A stretch of 64,000 nucleotides of DNA from an uncultured Chitinophagales bacterium (GTDB lineage Bacteria > Bacteroidota > Rhodothermia > Balneolales > CAYWCV01). Made by a program: the position numbers and the translations under genes. The stretch covers positions 14,852-78,851 of the forward strand of contig CAYWCV010000005.1 in assembly GCA_964456845.1 (NCBI GenBank). Reading direction: 5' to 3'. Position 1 is the stretch's first letter. The number at the start of each line of letters is the position of its first letter. Below are positions 56,401 to 64,000 of the stretch, one piece after another. The notes under the pieces were generated by a model. The model saw only the letters and a program-made list of their open reading frames with translations. It was not told where the DNA came from and ran no database searches.

Positions 56401-56938
56401 GGAGTTCTTCTACGCCACCGAGAACCCGTACCATGACACAAAGTTGCGGTATTTCACCCCATACACAGAGCTGGCCTCCAAGACCCGGCGCAGGGGTGCT
56501 TGGTTCATGGAAGAGGAGCACATTTTCAAACGCCATGCCGAGTTTGTGAAAGAACTCGTGCTAGCCGGAGGGATTGCGGGGGTAGGAGCGCATGGCCAAC
56601 TTGAAGGCTTAGGCTACCATTGGGAACTGTGGGCCATGCAGGCTGGCGGTTTGTCGGCACATGACGCGCTCAAGGTTGCGACCATCCACGGTGCCAAAGC
56701 AATCGGACTTGACCAAGATCTCGGTACCATCGAGAAGGGAAAACTTGCCGATCTTGTGATTTTAGACGCCAATCCGCTCACCGACATCAGGAATACCAAC
56801 AGTGTGCGCATGGTCATGAAAAACGGTCGCCTCTATGACGGAAACTCGCTCGACGAAATCTACCCTCTGAGCCGACCCACATTCAAGAAATCTGACCCCT
56901 TACTTCCAAGGGGTAATCTACCGGGAATAAAAGAGTGA
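53465..56938 (+). CDS. 1157-aa secreted PD40/TolB-like beta-propeller fused to a metal-dependent amidohydrolase
   Basis: It has repeated SPDGK/WSPNG propeller blades and a K/E/D-rich linker. The amidohydrolase motif is VVPGFVDTHAHMW, and the C-terminal part carries GKLADLVILDANPL. Confidence 0.85.
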   Translation: MIRFVCRPLRVAFIAIFLVGSLGMVGWAQESASQKSDSLKITKHDKDLPMDPDRVVSFTTQEGSWMSIDVSPDGKTVVFDMLGDLFTMPITGGKADRITTGMAFDTRPRFSPDGKSLLFTSDRDGAENLWVMNLDTKESKQLTKGDNNNYPSADWTPDGLYVVAARGRMQVKLWLFHVEGGSGVQLTKGADTWKTIDPAVSPNGRYVYFSQRTGAWNYNAQLPQYQIGLFDREDGTTQTLTSRYGSAFTPVVSPDGKWMVYGSRFETETGLVIRDLATGEERWLAYPIQRDDQESIATMGVLPGMSFTPDSKELVATWDGKFWRIPVDGGEAMAIPFEADAEIHLGPMVEFKYPISDDKQAVATQIRDAVPSPDGKHLAFTVLNKLYVMEIPSGEPRRVTNATHTEAQPAWSPNGQSLAWVTWDGNEGHLYKIQPFARGAQPVRLTSMPALYTQPAWSYLSDRIVMLRGSSRSYQQSSGPGAFGSSEDIIWIPSNGGDATLVSKASGRSNPHFVKSNDRIYMNQGAQGLISIRWDGTDQKSHVRVTGITTFGMMDFEGYIRDHASGDGHDHALKPQLLPDPKYMMEPQTPTSATWLRMAPEGDQALALINNDIYTVTVPMAGEAPTISVSNPSNASFPARKLTEIGGQFPAWSSDANNVHWSIGNAHIVYNLEDASAFADSLSAAKKAEEERKKLEEGKGEDKEDEGAKDDDKDEPKKPEKYSPTEFRVKVSFTRDIPDGTILMRGARIITMNGDEIIESGDILVERNRIVAVAPSGSITVPAGTKEMDLSGKTVVPGFVDTHAHMWPAWGLHKTEVWNYAVNLAYGVTTTRDPQTATTDVLTYSDMVDAGMMPGPRVYSTGPGLGFWGYNIESLDHARNVMKQYSEYYNTKTLKMYLAGNRKQRQWILMAAKEQQIMPTTEGGLNWKLNMTQLIDGYPGHEHAFPIYPIYNDVIKTVATSQMAYTPTLLVAYGGPWAEEFFYATENPYHDTKLRYFTPYTELASKTRRRGAWFMEEEHIFKRHAEFVKELVLAGGIAGVGAHGQLEGLGYHWELWAMQAGGLSAHDALKVATIHGAKAIGLDQDLGTIEKGKLADLVILDANPLTDIRNTNSVRMVMKNGRLYDGNSLDEIYPLSRPTFKKSDPLLPRGNLPGIKE

Positions 56939-57203
56939 TAGAGGCGCTCATGCACCATTAGGCGACATCTGACATTGAGATCCCACTTCGAAGGGACTTA
57001 GCCAACTCGATACAGAACGCAACCCCATCTCTCACATGTCGTTTATGCCCACCTATTTGAAAAAATATCAAGTTACTTAACTGCAATTTGCAAATAGTTT
57101 TGATTGATCGGCAGTAATACGGATATTTGTATCAAAAGTGTCGTATTCAAATGCGATGAACGGCTATACACCAGTACCGCAACTGTAAGAAGCACAATAT
57201 CGT

Positions 57204-57632
57204 ATGAAGCCTGTCCACATCTTACTGGTCGAAGACAACGAGGGCGACATCCTGCTTACCACTGAGGCTCTTGAAGAGGGTCGGTTATTGAACAAAATCA
57301 GTGTCGTCCGAGATGGCAAGGCGGCAACGGACTTCTTATCTAAGTCAGGCTCGTATACGGACGTTGAGTCACCTGACCTTATTTTGTTAGATATTAACCT
57401 GCCAAAAAAGAACGGCCTCGAGGTGTTGGAGTTTATCAAGACGAACCCCGATCTGAAGCAAATACCCGTCATCATGCTCACCACGTCATCATCGATGCGC
57501 GACATTGAGCAATCGTACCGTAACTATGCCAACTGCTATATCACTAAGCCAATCGAAGTGTCGGAGTTCATGGATGCGATAAGCAGGATCGAGGATTTTT
57601 GGCTGTCTGTTGTCAAATTGCCTAACTCGTAA
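57204..57632 (+). CDS. single-domain response regulator (CheY-like receiver)
   Basis: ILLVEDNEGD, phospho-acceptor context LILLDINLPKKNG, IPVIMLTTS, CYITKP. Confidence 0.9.
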   Translation: MKPVHILLVEDNEGDILLTTEALEEGRLLNKISVVRDGKAATDFLSKSGSYTDVESPDLILLDINLPKKNGLEVLEFIKTNPDLKQIPVIMLTTSSSMRDIEQSYRNYANCYITKPIEVSEFMDAISRIEDFWLSVVKLPNS

Positions 57633-57656
57633 GTTTGATGTCCTAATCGAAATCCA

Positions 57657-58712
57657 ATGAAAAAGGACAACCGCAACTATCACATATTGGTTATTGAGGA
57701 CAATCCCGGCGATTTCATGCTGATTCAGGAATACCTCGAAGATAACATCCTGGCACCTGAACTCACGCATGTACAAAGCTACAAGGAGGCGTTCAATGCG
57801 TTAACCGACCCAGACATCAAGCCATTTGATGTCATTCTGCTTGATCTGACCTTGCCCGACCGTAGCGGCGAGCCGCTTATACATGAAATCATCTCGATCG
57901 GTGTACGAGCTCCGGTCATCGTGCTCACTGGGTACACGGACTTTGAGTTCAGTATTCGTTCGATGGCAATGGGAATTTCGGACTACATACTCAAAGACGA
58001 CCTGAACTCCTTCAGCCTGTACAAGAGCATCATTTACAACATCGAGAGAAACCGGACCCTCGCCAATTTGGAAGAGTCGGAAAAGCGGTACAGCGACCTG
58101 TTCCATCTGAGTCCAATTCCGATGTGGGTGTACGATCTCGATTCGCTGGCTTTTCTGGATGTGAACGAGGCGGCAGTCAAACACTACGGATACACGCAGG
58201 AGGAATTTCATGCAATGACCCTCCGTGACATTCGCCCGTCGGAGGACATCGCATTACTTGAGGATGCGGTCAGCTCGGTCAAACAGGGCACAAATCTGGC
58301 AGCCCATTCCTATTTTCGTCACAAGAAAAAGAACGGCGACGTCATCATCGTCGAAATTCAGAGCAACGTAATTGTTTATAAAGGCAAGCAGGCTGAGGTG
58401 GTGTTAGCCGTCGATGTGACAGACAATTTGGTCTACATCAACGCCATCGAAGACCAGAACCAGAAGCTTCGGGAGATTTCTTGGATTCAGTCGCATGTTG
58501 TTCGAGCTCCAATTGCGCGTCTGATGGGCTTGTCTGAACTGATATTGGAGCATGAAAACAGCGCTGAACAGCTCGACAAACTCGTTGGCCACATTGTGGA
58601 CTCCGCTAACGAGTTGGACACCATCATCCGTGAAATAACCGCAAAGGCACAGCAAGCCAATCAGGATATCCGTCCCGACCTGGATGTGTCGGAATTGAAG
58701 GGTTTATTGTAA
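57657..58712 (+). CDS. receiver-PAS-DHp protein (HisKA-like H-box but no ATPase domain)
   Basis: REC (ILVIEDNPGD...VILLDLTLPDRSG...VIVLTG), PAS (YSDLFHLSPIPMWVYD...) and a C-terminal SHVVRAPIARLMGL H-box. The protein ends about 60 aa later with no N/G1/G2 boxes. Confidence 0.8.
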   Translation: MKKDNRNYHILVIEDNPGDFMLIQEYLEDNILAPELTHVQSYKEAFNALTDPDIKPFDVILLDLTLPDRSGEPLIHEIISIGVRAPVIVLTGYTDFEFSIRSMAMGISDYILKDDLNSFSLYKSIIYNIERNRTLANLEESEKRYSDLFHLSPIPMWVYDLDSLAFLDVNEAAVKHYGYTQEEFHAMTLRDIRPSEDIALLEDAVSSVKQGTNLAAHSYFRHKKKNGDVIIVEIQSNVIVYKGKQAEVVLAVDVTDNLVYINAIEDQNQKLREISWIQSHVVRAPIARLMGLSELILEHENSAEQLDKLVGHIVDSANELDTIIREITAKAQQANQDIRPDLDVSELKGLL

Positions 58713-58730
58713 GCCCGGCTGTTGGCGCCG

Positions 58731-59033
58731 CTATCCGTAATTCCAGGTGACGCCCCTGCCGTCTTCAGGATGCGGGTATCTCCAAGTTACGGCACCCTGG
58801 TCGCATGCGAACATGCAGGTGCCGCATTCGATGCAGTCTTCAAACTGGAAATGGACTTTCCCAATTTCATCGAGCGTGTAACAGTTTGCGGGGCAAACGT
58901 ACGTCGTGCACTTATGGGGACAAGTGGTATTGCAGATGTCGGTCTCAACCTCGATATGTGCCTTGGCTGCGCTTTTGCCTTGGTTGCGGTAGTTCACCAT
59001 GCCCAGGCGTTCTGCGATTGTGAGCTCTTTCAT
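58731..59033 (-). CDS. fixX: ferredoxin-like protein of the ETF-oxidoreductase system
   Basis: It is 100 aa with Cys clusters CPHKCTTYVCPANC and CIECGTCMFAC. It has an ATGA overlap with fixC. Confidence 0.8.
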   Translation of the reverse strand: MKELTIAERLGMVNYRNQGKSAAKAHIEVETDICNTTCPHKCTTYVCPANCYTLDEIGKVHFQFEDCIECGTCMFACDQGAVTWRYPHPEDGRGVTWNYG

Positions 59034-60358
59034 AGCGATCGGCCCCCTTTCAGGCCCAGTTTCAGTAATTCCCAGTATGAACTGTGCCGCTTGACGGCAC
59101 CTGCGAGCATATTGCTTACTTTTGGAGTGGGTTGATTCTTGATGGTAAAGAACTCACGCCCAAAATCGCAAACCAGCGCCGGCACTTTTGTAAACATGGC
59201 CTCGTTGTGCAAGAAGTGCACCGCGCCTTGAAATGCCCGCATATCTTTCATGACATAGCTCTTTTCAAGGTCGTCGCGGTACGTTTTGAGCGATGCACTT
59301 CCAAAATCGTTACGCTCCTTTGCCTTGAGCGCCGTGTCGGCGGCGATCACGCCAGATGCCATGGCATAATCCATGCCCTGAATGGCTTTGCCGCTGTTCA
59401 TGAGCAAATTTGCTGCCTCGCCGGCTACCATCACACCGTCGGCATAGATTTCCTTCGGCATGATGCGCATATCGCCGGTAGAGACGACGTGGGCTGAATA
59501 TTCGGCAACCTCGCCACCCCGTATCATATCGCGGACGGCTGGGTGCTTTTTGAACTCGTTGAGGATGTCGTAGGGTTTCTTCCCGCTCTTACGCAGTTCA
59601 GCCAGACCGAGTACCAAGCCCAGCGAAACGGAATCGCGGTTCGTGTACAGAAACCCTCCACCTTCCACGCCCTGGGTGGCATAGCCCAAAAATTCGTTCG
59701 ACATCCCCGAGTCGCCGTCGAGCTGGAAGCGATCCTCAAGAACCTTGCGGTCGAAGCGAATAACCTCCTTTACCCCAGTGGCCACATAATCGGCAGGCAC
59801 ATAATGATTTTGTAGGCCAACTTGGCGTGTGAGGAGATTATTGACCCCTTCTGCTAGAATGACGCAATTGCTGTGAAACACCTCGTCGCCGGCACGGATA
59901 CCTATCACCTGGCCCTTGTCGTCTTTTACAAGCTCCTCGACCAAGATGTCGGTGGCTATGAAGCTCTCGTCGGCAAATGGACCTGCATCGATGGCCTCCT
60001 GCACCTTCCCTGCCAGCCAAGCGTCGAATCGGGCCCGAAGGACCACAACACCCGTGTAGGGTTTTTGCTTGAAATGGTCCGACTTGAAGTCGATGGAGAA
60101 CGAAGATTCCCCATCCATGAACGTGAGCCGCCTGTGCGCAATGTACCGCTCGAAACCAGCGTCATCTTCGTCGAAGTATCCGGGTACCAGATCGTTGAGC
60201 TGGGTACCCCAAAGTACTCCGCCAGAAACGTTCTTCGCACCGCTGAACTCGCCTCGCTCGATGAGCAGAAATTTTGCCCCGCCCCGTGCAAGCGTGAGGG
60301 CGGCACTCAGGCCTGCTACCCCACCACCAACTACGATACAGTCAAAGCGGTCGTCCAT
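59030..60358 (-). CDS. fixC: FAD-dependent ETF:quinone oxidoreductase-like protein
   Basis: The dinucleotide fold is FDCIVVGGGVAGLSAALTLARGG. Length and neighbourhood fit FixC. Confidence 0.85.
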   Translation of the reverse strand: MDDRFDCIVVGGGVAGLSAALTLARGGAKFLLIERGEFSGAKNVSGGVLWGTQLNDLVPGYFDEDDAGFERYIAHRRLTFMDGESSFSIDFKSDHFKQKPYTGVVVLRARFDAWLAGKVQEAIDAGPFADESFIATDILVEELVKDDKGQVIGIRAGDEVFHSNCVILAEGVNNLLTRQVGLQNHYVPADYVATGVKEVIRFDRKVLEDRFQLDGDSGMSNEFLGYATQGVEGGGFLYTNRDSVSLGLVLGLAELRKSGKKPYDILNEFKKHPAVRDMIRGGEVAEYSAHVVSTGDMRIMPKEIYADGVMVAGEAANLLMNSGKAIQGMDYAMASGVIAADTALKAKERNDFGSASLKTYRDDLEKSYVMKDMRAFQGAVHFLHNEAMFTKVPALVCDFGREFFTIKNQPTPKVSNMLAGAVKRHSSYWELLKLGLKGGRSL

Positions 60359-60363
60359 AGATG

Positions 60364-61335
60364 CTATAAGGATTGCTCAAGTTTCAGTATGAAGGCAGGC
60401 ACAATCTTGTTCAGATCGCCCACGACACCGTAGTCGGCAACCTGAAAAATTGGTGCGTCGGCATCCTTGTTGATGGCCACGATCACCTTGCTGTTAGCCA
60501 TGCCGGCAACGTGCTGGATCGCGCCCGAAATGCCGATCGCGAAATACAGTTGAGGCGAAACGACCTTGCCCGTCTGACCAATTTGCAGCGTTGCAGGAAA
60601 AAGGCCAGACTCGGTTACGGCACGGCTTGCTCCGACTGCGCCATTGAGCATATTTGCTAGCTTTTCGACCATCGCTTTTCCGTCTTGGTCCTTGATGCCA
60701 CGGCCGGCGGCTACGACTACTTCTGCCTCCGACAGATCGACGGTGCCACCCGAAGCTGTTTTGACTTCTTTGAGATCGACTCGCATCGACGAGGTGTCGT
60801 AGCTGAAATCCATCGCTACCACCGATGGCGACCCAGACTGAGGCACGGCATCGTAGGAACCCGAGCGGACGCTCACAAGCGTAGTAGAAGCTTTCGAGAT
60901 GGTTGATGCTAACACCTTGGACGCCATAACAGGACGCAATGCCTTCACACCGTCGGATGTGAGCTCGTAGCTCGACACATCCGGCAAGGCGGCGGCCCCG
61001 GTACGAACGGCGAGGGCCCCCAAAATATCCTTGACGGCTTCTGTGGACGCGAAGGAGACCAACACAGGATGCTCCTTTGCAATCACAGCGGCTAGGGCCG
61101 CGCGAAGGGGCTCACTCCTATGGGCGTCGAAAACGGCGTGGGAAATGGTAATGATTTCGTCAGGACCGTACTCAGACACGCCGGCGACAAAACTGGCCGC
61201 CTCGGGATGTGCAATGACGGCCTTGAGTGTGTGTCCGGACGAAGCGGCGATGGCGCGGCTCCGACTTAGAACTTCAAGCGACGAACGCTTGATCTTGCCG
61301 TCCTGAATGGCAACGTATGATAAAATTACACCCAT
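60364..61335 (-). CDS. etfA: electron transfer flavoprotein alpha subunit
   Basis: The C-terminal FAD motif is [47 protein letters not shown]. Confidence 0.9.
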   Translation of the reverse strand: MGVILSYVAIQDGKIKRSSLEVLSRSRAIAASSGHTLKAVIAHPEAASFVAGVSEYGPDEIITISHAVFDAHRSEPLRAALAAVIAKEHPVLVSFASTEAVKDILGALAVRTGAAALPDVSSYELTSDGVKALRPVMASKVLASTISKASTTLVSVRSGSYDAVPQSGSPSVVAMDFSYDTSSMRVDLKEVKTASGGTVDLSEAEVVVAAGRGIKDQDGKAMVEKLANMLNGAVGASRAVTESGLFPATLQIGQTGKVVSPQLYFAIGISGAIQHVAGMANSKVIVAINKDADAPIFQVADYGVVGDLNKIVPAFILKLEQSL

Positions 61336-61344
61336 GATAACTCC

Positions 61345-62109
61345 TTATAAAACCTTGGCTTCGTTTCTGAGAAGGTCGAACAGCTGGGATGCGAGTTCTT
61401 CGGCATCGCCTTCAAACTTACGTCCGGCCTTGCGTGGTGGCACAGATTCGTAGCCTGCAACTGTAGTGGTAGCTGCCTTCGTGTCTGGTGAGGAAATCTC
61501 AATTACTTCGACGCTTTTTTTCTTCGACGACATGATGCCCTTTAGGCTCGGAATACGAGGATCGTTCATGTCGTTCGAGCAGGTCACAAGACACGGCGTC
61601 GGCAAGTGGATGATCTCCTGCCCCGTGTCGCCCTGCCGGGTCACAACCAATTTGGCCATCGATGCATCCCAGTGCATCCCCACGGCGTTGGTGGTATAGG
61701 GCAGGTCGAGGAGCTCGGCAAGCATGGATCCTGTCAGACCGGAATCGGTGTCCTGCGACTGTTTTCCCACGGCTACGACATCGTACCCTTTTCCGTTCAA
61801 AAAATCGGCCAGCACGGCGGCATAGGATGCAGAATCCCATCCATCGTCTTCCGTATGCAGGTGGAAACCCTGCTCCGCACCCATCGCTAGGGCCTTGCGG
61901 ATGGTTTCCTTTGCCTTGTCGGGTCCGGCCAGAACAACATCGACCTGGCCGCCTTCCTTTTCGGTGATGACAAGGGATTCCTCGACGGCGGACGCGCTGT
62001 AGGCATCCAAAACGAGACGCTCGGCATCTTGGCTGAGCACTCCGTCGCGGATGTGGACAGGGGCCGTCACATCAGGCACCTGTTTGATGCAAACACAAAA
62101 TTTTAGCAT
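61345..62109 (-). CDS. etfB: electron transfer flavoprotein beta subunit
   Basis: MLKFCVCIKQVPD..., VVAVGKQSQDTDSGLTG.MLAELL..P. It lies directly upstream of etfA. Confidence 0.9.
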   Translation of the reverse strand: MLKFCVCIKQVPDVTAPVHIRDGVLSQDAERLVLDAYSASAVEESLVITEKEGGQVDVVLAGPDKAKETIRKALAMGAEQGFHLHTEDDGWDSASYAAVLADFLNGKGYDVVAVGKQSQDTDSGLTGSMLAELLDLPYTTNAVGMHWDASMAKLVVTRQGDTGQEIIHLPTPCLVTCSNDMNDPRIPSLKGIMSSKKKSVEVIEISSPDTKAATTTVAGYESVPPRKAGRKFEGDAEELASQLFDLLRNEAKVL

Positions 62110-62249
62110 AACGATGAATACAATTTATGGTACACCCAAAAAATAGGGACTGCCTGCGTCTGTAAAAAACACAATTAGGCTGCTCTCGTTCCAAGGGGGC
62201 AAGATACGAAATCAGCCCCTACAATTGGAAGCGCTTTTAGTCGCGTATA

Positions 62250-63152
62250 TCAGGCCCAAAGATTTCTCGGATAGACACCTTCGTCCAGCAGCTTATTCAA
62301 TGAGGTCTGCACAATGGGCTTATCGTCGGGGTACGTCACGCCAAACCATGTGCTTCCGCCCCTGAGCACCGAAAACTTCCCGATGCCGCTGTCGATGATG
62401 TGCTGCACGCCGATCGGGATGAAGAATTCTGCTGACATGCTGCCAGAGTTTGCATCAAGAAACTGATCGAACAACACCTGGGTGACCTTAAAATAGGAAG
62501 GCTTAAAACCCCAAAAGTTCATCGACACAGAATCTTTCGCATTTAGCTCATACGAGGCGTCACCGTCGCGGTGCACAATCGTGCCATTTGATCTGCCTAC
62601 TTTCAGGCGCTCGACGATTCTGGTCAGGTAGCCGTCAGAATCGACTTCGCAGACCCCACGCGAAACGGTGCCATGCTCAGAAAGCACATTGCCTAGCTCG
62701 TACCCCACCATAGAGTGATGGTTTGGGTCTGTGTTTGAGGTCAGAAACTCCGCCATGCTCCGGAACGACTCCGGACCATAGAAGTCATCGGCATTGATCA
62801 CGGCAAATGGGCCGTCGATTACCTCGGAGGCACACAGAACGGCGTGCCCCGTGCCCCAAGGTTTGACCCGCTCCTTGTTGCGGTACTTTTCTGCCACGAA
62901 TCGATCGCCGTCTTGGATCGCAAACTCATACGAAACCCGTCCCTTCAGCCCGTGGGCCACAATGCGGTTCACGGCTTCCTTGATGTCCTCGCGCACGATG
63001 AACACAATGTTGCCAAATCCAGCCCTTATGGCGTCGTATATGGAGTATTCGAGGATGGTTTCTCCCGAAGGACCAAAGCCTTCGATCTGTTTGATGCCTC
63101 CGTAACGGCTGCCCATTCCTGCGGCCAGAACTAATAATGTAGGTGTCTGCAT
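62250..63152 (-). CDS. sugar-phosphate nucleotidyltransferase family protein
   Basis: Trimmed to the ATG at 63152. The N-terminal motif is LVLAAGMGSRYGGIKQ (GxGxR nucleotide-binding loop). The track's 116-aa upstream extension overlaps the divergent symporter gene. Confidence 0.75.
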   Translation of the reverse strand: MQTPTLLVLAAGMGSRYGGIKQIEGFGPSGETILEYSIYDAIRAGFGNIVFIVREDIKEAVNRIVAHGLKGRVSYEFAIQDGDRFVAEKYRNKERVKPWGTGHAVLCASEVIDGPFAVINADDFYGPESFRSMAEFLTSNTDPNHHSMVGYELGNVLSEHGTVSRGVCEVDSDGYLTRIVERLKVGRSNGTIVHRDGDASYELNAKDSVSMNFWGFKPSYFKVTQVLFDQFLDANSGSMSAEFFIPIGVQHIIDSGIGKFSVLRGGSTWFGVTYPDDKPIVQTSLNKLLDEGVYPRNLWA

Positions 63153-63231
63153 CGATCTGTTTTGATTGTCTCCCTGTTTAACTATACTATTCGAAATCCT
63201 TACGCATAGATTCCAAACGGAGGCAATATAC

Positions 63232-64000
63232 ATGGTTTTGGGCTTTCTTGACTGGTCGATCGTGGCAGCGGTGTTTGTACTTTCGATTGCAATAGGTGTG
63301 TGGACTTCCCGAAAGGCTGGCCGCAGCGCGACAGACTTCTTCCTGTCGGGACGAAACATGCCCTGGTGGCTGTTGGGTGTATCGATGGTGGCAACCACCT
63401 TTTCGGCCGACACTCCCAACCTCGTGACCGACATCGTGCGAAAGAACGGGATTGCCGGCAACTGGGCCTGGTGGGCATTTCTCCTAACCGGCATGCTCAC
63501 CGTGTTCGTCTATGCCCGTCTGTGGAGACGGTCGGGCGTGAACACCGACATCGAGTTCTATGAAATCCGCTACGGCGGCAAGCCGGCCGCCTTCCTGCGT
63601 GGGTTCAGAGCCCTGTATCTCGGCGTTTTCTTCAACATCATGATCATGGCATCGGTTTCGCTGGCAGCCATCAAGATCGGCTCGGTTATGTTAGGGCTGA
63701 GCCCCATGCAGACCATTTTAATTGCATCTATCGTCACGGTGATCTACAGCTCGTTGGGTGGACTGCGGGGCGTGATCTTCACCGACTTCTTCCAATTCAT
63801 GCTGGCGATGGCCGGATCGATCGGTGCGGCCTACGTCGTGCTCAACCTGCCTCAAGTCGGTGGTCTCGACAACCTCCTGAGCCATCCAAACGTCGTGCCG
63901 AAGCTCAACTTCTTTCCTGACTTCACCGACACCTCCACGTTGATTCCTTTGCTCATCATTCCTTTGGCGGTGCAATGGTGGAGCGTGTGGTATCCGGGTG
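63232..64000 (+). CDS. sodium:solute symporter family transporter; C-terminus beyond the window
   Basis: Not in the track because it is open at the right edge. My translation from the ATG at 63232 gives MVLGFLDWSIVAAVFVLSIAIGVWTSRKAGRSATDFFLSGRNMPWWLLGVSMVATTFSADTPN..., which is the SSF N-terminal signature. Confidence 0.8.
   Translation, partial: MVLGFLDWSIVAAVFVLSIAIGVWTSRKAGRSATDFFLSGRNMPWWLLGVSMVATTFSADTPNLVTDIVRKNGIAGNWAWWAFLLTGMLTVFVYARLWRRSGVNTDIEFYEIRYGGKPAAFLRGFRALYLGVFFNIMIMASVSLAAIKIGSVMLGLSPMQTILIASIVTVIYSSLGGLRGVIFTDFFQFMLAMAGSIGAAYVVLNLPQVGGLDNLLSHPNVVPKLNFFPDFTDTSTLIPLLIIPLAVQWWSVWYPG

Noticed and set aside
63153-63500. N-terminal extensions in the ORF track (62250..63500, 48019..49323, 45956..48196, 1000..1992, 24114..24593, 24560..25204).
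   Set aside because: The extensions overlap neighbouring or divergent genes and have no homology-like sequence. Internal ATGs give proper signal peptides or conserved N-termini, often with ATGA coupling to the upstream stop.
1-64000. I looked for evidence of a mobile element or genomic island (integrase, transposase, tRNA target, flanking direct repeats, abrupt composition change), and for defence systems, CRISPR arrays and RNA genes.
   Set aside because: None was recognised by eye. Composition is uniform apart from short AT-rich promoter regions. No nuclease, reverse-transcriptase or methyltransferase defence-type gene is present, and no intergenic region folds as a tRNA-like cloverleaf on inspection. 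Infernal, tRNAscan-SE and defence-system HMM scans would be needed to exclude these formally.

Overview
This is a densely coding (about 95%) 64-kb chromosomal window of roughly 53% GC. It most likely comes from a member of the FCB group (Bacteroidota, Ignavibacteriota, Rhodothermota or Balneolota-like). The inference rests on six proteins ending in type IX secretion (T9SS) C-terminal sorting domains (NPFNPST-type), a PorV/PorQ-family barrel, a DUF4835 protein, many lipoboxes and mostly absent Shine-Dalgarno sequences. I call 43 CDS. I found no rRNA, tRNA, CRISPR array, transposase, integrase or phage gene.

Main blocks, left to right:
- pabB-pabC plus a Cys-less TlpA-like protein.
- A large minus-strand alpha-glucan (starch) utilisation operon: lipoprotein PPIase, TonB-dependent receptor, a 1232-aa Ca-repeat protein, a PorV-like barrel, a multi-CBM20-like protein, LacI and two GH13 enzymes.
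- pdxH and trmB.
- A clade-II N2O reductase cluster (cytochrome c, nosZ, nosB-like, nosL, nosD, nosF, nosY) preceded by an Rrf2 regulator.
- A 1269-aa S8 protease.
- An exported amylo-alpha-1,6-glucosidase.
- A PocR-AraC regulator, a class III aminotransferase and a BNR/Asp-box protein.
- A translationally coupled operon of a small barrel, an HhH lipoprotein barrel and a 1383-aa FN3-rich CTD protein.
- A DUF4835 protein, a glycosylasparaginase, a TonB-dependent-like barrel and a PD40-amidohydrolase.
- An orphan REC plus REC-PAS-DHp pair.
- fixABCX (ETF), a nucleotidyltransferase and a partial sodium:solute symporter.

Most interesting observations:
- The starch locus has no SusD. The giant Ca-repeat protein and a PorV-like barrel sit where SusD would be.
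- Two perfect LacI/cre-type operators lie in tandem at the head of that operon.
- The HhH-barrel and giant-adhesin operon is uncharacterised as far as I know.
- A bipartite motif is shared by the Rrf2 and nos promoter regions.

All functional calls come from motif recognition by eye. No database search was run.
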